DNA from: Candidatus Arthromitus sp. SFB-mouse-Japan
GTDB lineage: Bacteria; Bacillota; Clostridia; Clostridiales; Clostridiaceae
Assembly (NCBI RefSeq): GCF_000270205.1
Contig: NC_015913.1
Span: forward strand, 300,001-332,000
Direction: 5' to 3'
DNA: 32,000 nt
Shown: positions 1-19,464 of the stretch, piece by piece
Position numbering within the stretch: position 1 is the first letter of the stretch
Layout: each line of letters starts with the position of its first letter
Notes under the pieces: generated by a model
What the model saw: only the letters and a program-made list of their open reading frames with translations
Database searches by the model: none
What the model was told of the DNA's origin: nothing
Made by a program: the position numbers and the translations under genes

Positions 1-6
1 GATTTA

Positions 7-834
7 ATGAATCATAGTTGTTATATTTTTAGAATTAAGTTTAAACTTATCTCTATTTATGGTAGTACAAGATTTAAAAGTTTAAATAAGAGAAATGCTG
101 TTATAAGAGAAAAAATATTTGAAGATTTAAATGCTTTTACAGGAAAACTTAATTCGTATGTATTTATATATAGTATAATTTTTTCTGATTATTATTCTGA
201 TAAAACAAGTAGTATAAATATATTAACATTAAATTTAAAGACTATACTTAAATTGATAAATGAAGATTTAAATGATGATATAATATTTGATAGTTATATA
301 TATTATAAATTTAGATTTTATATTTCGTTGTATTGTAATAAAATTATATCTTATACTCAAATACAAACATTAGATCATATAATTAAAACTCTTAGAAACA
401 AATTTTTTGATATTAATAAAGAGATGGTTGTTAAGGAAATCGAAAATGATATAAGTTATAAAAATTTAATATCAGGCAAAAATATAAAAAGTGAATATAA
501 TGATATACTATATTTTTTAGATAAGGTTATAAATGGTGTTAAAACAAGTGATTACTATGATGAGATTTTTTATTCTGAAAATATAGAATTAATCACGAGT
601 ATATTGAATTCTGAAAAAAAATTTTATAATAAAGAAATGGAATTATTCTATAGTTATATAGAAACTATAAATTTTTTTATATTGGATAAAATATATTTAT
701 GTAGTTTGAATAAGCCTATTATAGCTAAAGTATTCATAAAGGTATTAAATAATTATCCTATAGTTCTTTATAAAACGTTAAATGATAATAATAAATTTTA
801 TATTTACAAAAAAATAGTGGAAATTAATAAATAA
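7..834 (+). CDS. hypothetical protein (N/K/I/Y-rich); possibly 5'-truncated by the window edge
   Basis: 275-codon ORF in AT-rich, stop-dense sequence. The frame is open back to base 1 (gat tta ATG), so the true start may lie upstream. It ends 40 nt before the rrn promoter. I recognise no catalytic or binding motif by eye. Confidence 0.55.
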   Translation: MNHSCYIFRIKFKLISIYGSTRFKSLNKRNAVIREKIFEDLNAFTGKLNSYVFIYSIIFSDYYSDKTSSINILTLNLKTILKLINEDLNDDIIFDSYIYYKFRFYISLYCNKIISYTQIQTLDHIIKTLRNKFFDINKEMVVKEIENDISYKNLISGKNIKSEYNDILYFLDKVINGVKTSDYYDEIFYSENIELITSILNSEKKFYNKEMELFYSYIETINFFILDKIYLCSLNKPIIAKVFIKVLNNYPIVLYKTLNDNNKFYIYKKIVEINK

Positions 835-873
835 TTTCCACTAAAACGATTTTAAAATATATTAAAAAAGTTA

Positions 874-902
874 TTGACTTATTTAATATGATTTGATATT
901 AT
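874..902 (+). promoter_or_regulatory. rrn promoter: -35 TTGACT (874-879), 17-nt spacer, extended -10 TGaTATTAT (894-902)
   Basis: Near-consensus sigma-A/sigma-70 hexamers with 17-nt spacing and a TG extension. An A/T-rich UP-like tract lies upstream (~850-873). The promoter sits ~100 nt upstream of the mature 16S 5' end. Confidence 0.7.
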
Positions 903-929
903 ACTAAGGTAAGTTAAGTAATGTTATTA

Positions 930-942
930 GATCATTGACAAT
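930..942 (+). promoter_or_regulatory. boxA-like antitermination element in the 16S leader (GATCATTGACAAT)
   Basis: Resembles rrn boxA (E. coli TGCTCTTTAACAA; Bacillus-type TTCTTTGAAAA). It lies in the leader and overlaps the 16S processing stem, which is the usual position. Confidence 0.45.
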
Positions 943-999
943 TGGATAGGGAAAAGGAATGAAGAGAAGAAGTCAACGTTAATTTTGAGAGACTGGGAG

Positions 1000-2526
<1,527 letters not shown>

Positions 2527-2592
2527 AAGAAAGAAGTGGATAACTTTTTCCTATTCAATTGTGAGTGACCTATAATTGGAAGGTTACTAAGA

Positions 2593-2669
2593 GGGACTAT
2601 AGCTCAGTTGGTTAGAGTGCACGCCTGATAAGCGTGAGGTCGATGGTTCGAGTCCATTTAGTCCCACCA
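2593..2669 (+). tRNA. tRNA-Ile (anticodon GAT), CCA encoded, in the 16S-23S spacer of copy 1 only
   Basis: Cloverleaf folded by hand: acceptor GGGACTA/TAGTCCC, anticodon stem CACGC/GCGTG with loop CTGATAA, T arm GATGG-TTCGAGT-CCATT, discriminator A, then CCA. Confidence 0.93.
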
Positions 2670-2684
2670 TTACCGTTTAACATA

Positions 2685-2697
2685 GATCTTTGAAAAT
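2685..2697 (+). promoter_or_regulatory. boxA-like element in the spacer upstream of 23S (GATCTTTGAAAAT)
   Basis: Close match to the Firmicute-type rrn boxA TTCTTTGAAAA. It overlaps the 5' half of the 23S processing stem. Confidence 0.5.
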
Positions 2698-2786
2698 TGT
2701 ATATAAATAGTAAAGATGCGAAAGGTAGCAAGTTAAATTATTAGCAATAGTAATTTAAGAGCTGGAAGAATATAGAAAGAAAAATA

Positions 2787-5680
<2,894 letters not shown>

Positions 5681-5735
5681 AATTAGCAATATATTATTTA
5701 TATACAATTTTGAGAGATTAAAATATTTCTCAATA

Positions 5736-5851
5736 TCTGGTGATTATAACGTGTAGGCAACACCCCTATCCATACCGAACAGGAAGGTTAAGCTACACTG
5801 TGCTGATGGTACTATAGGGTTACCCCTATGGAAGAGTAAGTCATTGCCAGT
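5736..5851 (+). rRNA. rrf: 5S ribosomal RNA, copy 1
   Basis: CCATACCGAACAGGAAGTTAAGC-type core. The terminal helix CTGGTGAT (5737-5744) pairs with ATTGCCAG (5843-5850). ~116 nt. Confidence 0.9.
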
Positions 5852-5855
5852 TTGT

Positions 5856-5930
5856 TCCGCGGTAGCTCAATGGTGGAGCACTCGGCTGTTAACCGATAGG
5901 TTGGAGGTTCGAGTCCTCTCCGCGGAGCCA
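5856..5930 (+). tRNA. tRNA-Asn (anticodon GTT), CCA encoded
   Basis: Acceptor TCCGCGG/CCGCGGA, D arm GCTC-AATGGTG-GAGC, anticodon loop CTGTTAA, T arm GGAGG-TTCGAGT-CCTCT, discriminator G, then CCA. Confidence 0.92.
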
Positions 5931-5937
5931 ATTATTA

Positions 5938-5950
5938 GATCATTGACAAT
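5938..5950 (+). promoter_or_regulatory. boxA-like element, leader of copy 2
   Basis: Identical in sequence to 930-942 (offset 5008). Confidence 0.45.
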
Positions 5951-6007
5951 TGGATAGGGAAAAGGAATGAAGAGAAGAAGTCAACGTTAATTTTGAGAGA
6001 CTGGGAG

Positions 6008-7534
<1,527 letters not shown>

Positions 7535-7606
7535 AAGAAAGAAGTGGATAACTTTTTCCTATTCAATTGTGAGTGACCTATAATTGGAAGGTTACTTAAG
7601 GATATA

Positions 7607-7619
7607 GATCTTTGAAAAT
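7607..7619 (+). promoter_or_regulatory. boxA-like element upstream of 23S, copy 2
   Basis: Identical to 2685-2697 (offset 4922). Confidence 0.5.
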
Positions 7620-7708
7620 TGTATATAAATAGTAAAGATGCGAAAGGTAGCAAGTTAAATTATTAGCAATAGTAATTTAAGAGCTGGAAGAATATAGAAA
7701 GAAAAATA

Positions 7709-10602
<2,894 letters not shown>

Positions 10603-10657
10603 AATTAGCAATATATTATTTATATACAATTTTGAGAGATTAAAATATTTCTCAATA

Positions 10658-10773
10658 TCTGGTGATTATAACGTGTAGGCAACACCCCTATCCATACCGA
10701 ACAGGAAGGTTAAGCTACACTGTGCTGATGGTACTATAGGGTTACCCCTATGGAAGAGTAAGTCATTGCCAGT
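10658..10773 (+). rRNA. rrf: 5S ribosomal RNA, copy 2
   Basis: Identical to 5736-5851 (offset 4922). Confidence 0.9.
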
Positions 10774-10777
10774 TTGT

Positions 10778-10852
10778 TCCGCGGTAGCTCAATGGTGGAG
10801 CACTCGGCTGTTAACCGATAGGTTGGAGGTTCGAGTCCTCTCCGCGGAGCCA
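10778..10852 (+). tRNA. tRNA-Asn (anticodon GTT), second copy
   Basis: Identical to 5856-5930 (offset 4922). Confidence 0.92.
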
Positions 10853-10859
10853 ATTATTA

Positions 10860-10872
10860 GATCATTGACAAT
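10860..10872 (+). promoter_or_regulatory. boxA-like element, leader of copy 3
   Basis: Identical to 930-942. Confidence 0.45.
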
Positions 10873-10929
10873 TGGATAGGGAAAAGGAATGAAGAGAAGA
10901 AGTCAACGTTAATTTTGAGAGACTGGGAG

Positions 10930-12456
<1,527 letters not shown>

Positions 12457-12528
12457 AAGAAAGAAGTGGATAACTTTTTCCTATTCAATTGTGAGTGACC
12501 TATAATTGGAAGGTTACTTAAGGATATA

Positions 12529-12541
12529 GATCTTTGAAAAT
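12529..12541 (+). promoter_or_regulatory. boxA-like element upstream of 23S, copy 3
   Basis: Identical to 2685-2697. Confidence 0.5.
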
Positions 12542-12630
12542 TGTATATAAATAGTAAAGATGCGAAAGGTAGCAAGTTAAATTATTAGCAATAGTAATTT
12601 AAGAGCTGGAAGAATATAGAAAGAAAAATA

Positions 12631-15524
<2,894 letters not shown>

Positions 15525-15579
15525 AATTAGCAATATATTATTTATATACAATTTTGAGAGATTAAAATATTTCTCAATA

Positions 15580-15695
15580 TCTGGTGATTATAACGTGTAG
15601 GCAACACCCCTATCCATACCGAACAGGAAGGTTAAGCTACACTGTGCTGATGGTACTATAGGGTTACCCCTATGGAAGAGTAAGTCATTGCCAGT
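15580..15695 (+). rRNA. rrf: 5S ribosomal RNA, copy 3
   Basis: Identical to the other 5S copies. Homology to the repeat unit stops at 15700. Confidence 0.9.
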
Positions 15696-15702
15696 TTGTT
15701 TT

Positions 15703-15736
15703 AGAAGTAAGAGCATCGCTCTTACTTCTTTTTGTT
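15703..15736 (+). terminator. intrinsic terminator closing the rrn array
   Basis: Perfect 12-bp stem AGAAGTAAGAGC (15703-15714) / GCTCTTACTTCT (15718-15729), followed by TTTTGTTT. Confidence 0.8.
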
Positions 15737-15763
15737 TACTATAATATATTATTTGGAGGAATT

Positions 15764-16420
15764 ATGAATAAATGTTTGGAGCGAGGTTTGATATTGTCTT
15801 TGGATTATTTTTATGATAATATTAATTCCTATATATTAAATAAATTATTGTTGAATATTAATAGTTCTTTTAATAATAATGTATCAGCTATTAAAACTAG
15901 TTATTCAAATCTAATTTTGGAACTTAAATATTCTGTCGACTTACCTGTTATAGGATGTGTTAATAAAGTTTACCCTGATACAATTGTTAATCTTACACCA
16001 ACTGTTAATGAGATCTATGAACTTGCAAAAGCTGGTGCTAGTATTATTTATTTAGATGCTTCTACTAAAATGAGATCTAATTTTATTACTATACATGAGT
16101 TTTATTATAAAATAAAGTCATTATTTCCTGAATTGTATTTTATAGGTGAGGTTTATACTTTAGAAGATATAAAAAATATATCTTGTTTAAAATTTGATGC
16201 AATATGTATAAGAAATGATTCATATACAATTAGTAATTTTGTTGATTATATTGATATAGATGTACCACTTATTTTTGATTCTATTGTAGATAATAACTTG
16301 TTAAATGATGATAAATATAATGAATTATTTAATGCTGGATTTAATAATATAATTGTTAATTCTAAAATTATTACACCTAAATATCAATTAAAAGAATTTA
16401 TAGAAAATGTATTTAATTAG
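15764..16420 (+). CDS. NanE-like (ManNAc-6-P 2-epimerase fold) divergent paralogue, probably not a canonical epimerase
   Basis: Aligns by eye along its length with the bona fide NanE at 27759-28430, e.g. DLPVIGCVNKVYPDTIVNLTPTVNEIYELAKAGASIIYLDAS versus [42 protein letters not shown]. Most signature residues differ. The GGAGGA RBS is only 3 nt from the ATG. Confidence 0.6.
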   Translation: MNKCLERGLILSLDYFYDNINSYILNKLLLNINSSFNNNVSAIKTSYSNLILELKYSVDLPVIGCVNKVYPDTIVNLTPTVNEIYELAKAGASIIYLDASTKMRSNFITIHEFYYKIKSLFPELYFIGEVYTLEDIKNISCLKFDAICIRNDSYTISNFVDYIDIDVPLIFDSIVDNNLLNDDKYNELFNAGFNNIIVNSKIITPKYQLKEFIENVFN

Positions 16421-16432
16421 GAGTGATTTAAT

Positions 16433-17266
16433 ATGAAATTAAAGATCTTGTTTAATTGTACTATTATTGCACTATTCTTTGTTTGTTTTACAGTTTTTTA
16501 TAGTAAAGCAAATGTAGTAGATAAGTTTATTTATAGTCCAAAAGATATTATGGAAGGTCAAAATACGACAATTGAAGGTGGAAGATTTTCTTATGATTCT
16601 ATGAAAGTGCAGAAGAATTTATTTAATGCTGAAAAGATAAATAATGGTGAAAAAACAGTGTTTTTGACTTTTGATGATGGTCCATCACTCGATAATACAC
16701 CAAAAGTATTAGAAGTACTTAAAAACTATGATGTCAAGGCAACTTTTTTTGTGCTTGGTGTGAATTTAGATAGGGGAGAGGAGTATAGACAACTTTTAAG
16801 GAATATTGTTAATGATGGACATGCGGTGGGAAATCATGGATATAGTCATAATTATTCTTATTTATATCCTGGGAGAGTTATAAGTTATGAGAATCTTATG
16901 AGTGATATGAATAGATCACTTGATATTATGAAAGATATATTAGGTCAAGACTTTGATACTAGAGTTTTAAGATTGCCAGGAGGACTCAGATCTTGGAAGA
17001 AGCAAGATGAAACTCTTGAAAGACTTAATAATGAAAATTATTCAGTTATTGAATGGAATGCTATGAGTGGAGATGCTGAGGGTAAAAATATTAAAGATCC
17101 TGATGTTTTATTTCAAAAAGCTATTGATACTGCAGGAAATTCAAAGTCTGTTGTTATGCTTATGCATGATTTCTCAGGAAGTGCTGGAGAAGTATCTAGC
17201 AGAGCTTTGCCTAAGATTATTAATTATTTTAAAGAAAATGGATATGAATTTAGAACTTTATATTAA
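16433..17266 (+). CDS. polysaccharide / peptidoglycan deacetylase (NodB, CE4 family) with N-terminal signal-anchor
   Basis: NodB motifs are all present: TFDDGP, HGYSH (HxxxH), RLPGG and MLMHD. Hydrophobic N-terminus LFNCTIIALFFVCFTVFY. AGGAGTGA RBS. Lies 12 nt after the preceding gene. Confidence 0.85.
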   Translation: MKLKILFNCTIIALFFVCFTVFYSKANVVDKFIYSPKDIMEGQNTTIEGGRFSYDSMKVQKNLFNAEKINNGEKTVFLTFDDGPSLDNTPKVLEVLKNYDVKATFFVLGVNLDRGEEYRQLLRNIVNDGHAVGNHGYSHNYSYLYPGRVISYENLMSDMNRSLDIMKDILGQDFDTRVLRLPGGLRSWKKQDETLERLNNENYSVIEWNAMSGDAEGKNIKDPDVLFQKAIDTAGNSKSVVMLMHDFSGSAGEVSSRALPKIINYFKENGYEFRTLY

Positions 17267-17274
17267 GTTAAAAG

Positions 17275-17307
17275 GTGATAAGATGTTTTGTTCTTATCAC
17301 TTTTTTT
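17275..17307 (+). terminator. intrinsic terminator after the deacetylase gene
   Basis: Stem GTGATAAGA (17275-17283) / TCTTATCAC (17292-17300), 8-nt loop, then TTTTTTT. Confidence 0.75.
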
Positions 17308-17308
17308 A

Positions 17309-17317
17309 TGCTATAAT
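17309..17317 (+). promoter_or_regulatory. extended -10 promoter element TGcTATAAT for the two-component operon
   Basis: TG at 17309-17310 and TATAAT at 17312-17317, ~35 nt upstream of the response-regulator start. The -35 (TTGTTC, 17288-17293, 18-nt spacer) is weak. Confidence 0.45.
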
Positions 17318-17351
17318 TAATTTAATTATATATTATCGTAGGGGTATAGGA

Positions 17352-18041
17352 ATGGAAAAAAAGATTTTGTTAGTGGAGAATGAAGTAAGTATTAGACAGT
17401 TTTTAAAGATAAATTTTGATAGGGAGGGTTTTAACGTTATTGAAGCAGATAGGGGAGATACTGCTATTGAAATTGCTTTAATTGAGAAACCGCAAGTTGT
17501 ATTATTGGATGTAGGTCTTGAGGGAGATATGGATGGATTTCAGGTATGTTCAAATTTAAGAAAGCATTTTCCAAAGATGGGTATTATTATGCTTACTGCT
17601 AGATCTCAAGAAATGGAAAGAGTTATGGGACTTGAATTTGGAGCAGATGATTATGTTGTGAAACCATTTAATCCTTTAGAAGTTATGCTTAGGGTTAAGG
17701 CACTTATTCGTAGAATAGATGAAAAATTTAATAGTGATATGATAATTAATGGACCTTTTAAGTTAGATTTATATTCTCAAAAAATATATAAGAATGATAA
17801 GGAAATTGATGTTACACCTAAGGAATATATGTTATTTAAGATATTTGTAGAAAATCCAGGTAAGGCTTTGAGTCGTGATGAGCTTATGAATATGATATGG
17901 GGATATAATTATTTTGGAGATCTAAAGATAGTTGATGTTAATATACGTAGACTTAGATCAAAAATTGAAGATGAGTCTTCTAAACCTAAGTATATAGAAA
18001 CAGTTTGGGGAACAGGTTATCGTTGGAATAATGAAAAATAA
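17352..18041 (+). CDS. OmpR/PhoB-family response regulator
   Basis: Receiver domain (KILLVENE.., VVLLD, IIMLTA, VVKPF) plus a winged-helix output domain (LTPKEYMLFKIF.., VDVNIRRLRSKIE, IETVWGTGYRW). I chose the ATG at 17352, after the terminator and promoter. The longer 17067 ORF would overlap the deacetylase gene. Confidence 0.9.
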   Translation: MEKKILLVENEVSIRQFLKINFDREGFNVIEADRGDTAIEIALIEKPQVVLLDVGLEGDMDGFQVCSNLRKHFPKMGIIMLTARSQEMERVMGLEFGADDYVVKPFNPLEVMLRVKALIRRIDEKFNSDMIINGPFKLDLYSQKIYKNDKEIDVTPKEYMLFKIFVENPGKALSRDELMNMIWGYNYFGDLKIVDVNIRRLRSKIEDESSKPKYIETVWGTGYRWNNEK

Positions 18042-19455
18042 TTTTATTAAAAATATATTTGTAAATTCAAGTATAAGATATAGTATTATAAAGAGTTCTA
18101 TAAGTGTTTTTTTATTTATAATACTAGCTTTATCATTAAGTATATCCTATTATGTGCGTAAAGCCTACTATGATACTATAAGGGATAATTTATCTAATCA
18201 AATAATTAAAGCTGTTGAAAATTATCAGAATAATTATAAAAATTCGTCCCTTGAGACAAATATACTCTTAGATTTAGATGATTTTATAAATTCCACGAGT
18301 GCTCAGGTTCAGGTTATAGATTTGGATGGTCGAGTTTTGATGGATACTATAGGTGTTACATATGAAGAACCAATAGATACTCAAGATTTTAAGATTGCTA
18401 TACTTGGAGGTTTAGGTCAGTGGATTGGAAAGGTATCCTATAGTAAATCTAAGGTGATGAGTGTATCTTATCCAATTGAAAATTATAATCAAGTTATTGG
18501 AGTATTAAGATTTACTGTTTCACTTGATTATGCAAATAAGAATATTACTAAGATAATTTTTACGTTTACTTTAGCAGTTGTTATTGCACTTATATTTTAC
18601 ATAATAATAATTGGATTAGTTACTGAAAAGATTATACAGCCGATAAAAACACTTACTAATATTGCGAAAAAGATGGCATTAGGAGATTTAGGTGTTAGGT
18701 GTAAGAATTTACCTAATAATGAAGTTGGAGCATTAGGAGATACCCTTAATTATATGGCAGATGAAATATCTAAAAAAGATCAATTAAAGAATAATTTTAT
18801 ATCCACAGTATCACATGAACTTAGAACGCCTCTTACATCAATTAAGGGATGGGCAATAACTCTTCAGTATGATGAGTTTGATAATCCAGCTATATTAAAT
18901 GGGCTTAAAATTATAGAGGGTGAGACAGAAAGACTTGCTGTTATGGTAGAAGAACTTTTAGATTTTTCAAAGTTTATTTCTCAAAAAGTTACTTTAAACT
19001 TTGAGAAGATAGATATAAAAGATATAAATGAGTATATAGTTAATTATATAAAACCTCGAGAAGATAGAGAAAATTTTGAATTTATAATTAATGATATTAG
19101 TGAGGATATAGTATTAAATATAGATTTTAATAGAATAAAGCAAGTTTTAGTTAATGTTTTAGACAATGCTATAAAATTTCTAAAGGAAAATGGTAAGATA
19201 ACAGTTAAATATTTAATTGATAGAAATAAGAATATTATTTGTTTAGAGATAACTGATAATGGTATGGGTATACCTAGTGAAGAATTATCACGAGTTAAGG
19301 AAAAATTTTTTAAGGGGAAAAGTAGTAAGTCTAAGAATGGATTAGGTTTATCGATAAGTGATGAAATTATGAAACTTCACGGTGGGGAACTTTTAATAGA
19401 TAGTATATATGGAGAATGGACTAAGGTAACTTTAGTTTTACCTATGGATAAATAA
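18031..19455 (+). CDS. sensor histidine kinase (two TM segments, extracytoplasmic domain, HAMP, HisKA, HATPase_c)
   Basis: H-box FISTVSHELRTPLTSIKGW, N-box VLVNVLDNAIKF, G-boxes DNGMGIP and GLGLSI. TM segments at ~aa 17-40 and ~175-198. The start overlaps the regulator stop by 11 nt. Confidence 0.9.
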   Translation: MKNNFIKNIFVNSSIRYSIIKSSISVFLFIILALSLSISYYVRKAYYDTIRDNLSNQIIKAVENYQNNYKNSSLETNILLDLDDFINSTSAQVQVIDLDGRVLMDTIGVTYEEPIDTQDFKIAILGGLGQWIGKVSYSKSKVMSVSYPIENYNQVIGVLRFTVSLDYANKNITKIIFTFTLAVVIALIFYIIIIGLVTEKIIQPIKTLTNIAKKMALGDLGVRCKNLPNNEVGALGDTLNYMADEISKKDQLKNNFISTVSHELRTPLTSIKGWAITLQYDEFDNPAILNGLKIIEGETERLAVMVEELLDFSKFISQKVTLNFEKIDIKDINEYIVNYIKPREDRENFEFIINDISEDIVLNIDFNRIKQVLVNVLDNAIKFLKENGKITVKYLIDRNKNIICLEITDNGMGIPSEELSRVKEKFFKGKSSKSKNGLGLSISDEIMKLHGGELLIDSIYGEWTKVTLVLPMDK

Positions 19456-19464
19456 GGAGATAAT

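Noticed and set aside
935-940. TTGACA hexamer in the 16S leader (also 5943-5948 and 10865-10870) as a -35 box of an internal or second rrn promoter
   Set aside because: No TAnnnT-type -10 lies 16-19 nt downstream (GAATGA, AATGAA, ATGAAG). The hexamer is part of a boxA-like element and of the 25-bp leader/trailer processing helix, which explains its conservation.
15740-15745. TATAAT immediately after the rrn terminator as the promoter of the NanE-like/deacetylase pair
   Set aside because: No acceptable -35 hexamer or TG extension lies at the right spacing, because the upstream sequence is the terminator stem. TATAAT-like hexamers are frequent by chance in DNA this AT-rich, so I left it uncalled.
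17067-17351. Long N-terminal extension of the response-regulator ORF (track start at 17067)
   Set aside because: It would overlap the last 200 nt of the deacetylase gene in another frame and would read through a clear terminator (17275-17307) and an extended -10 element. The receiver domain begins exactly at the ATG at 17352.
17352-19455. Calling the two-component system WalR/WalK (VicRK)
   Set aside because: The kinase is 474 aa and goes from HAMP directly into the HisKA domain, with no cytoplasmic PAS domain that I can see. The downstream protein does not resemble YycH or YycI. Only the family-level OmpR/HisKA call is justified.
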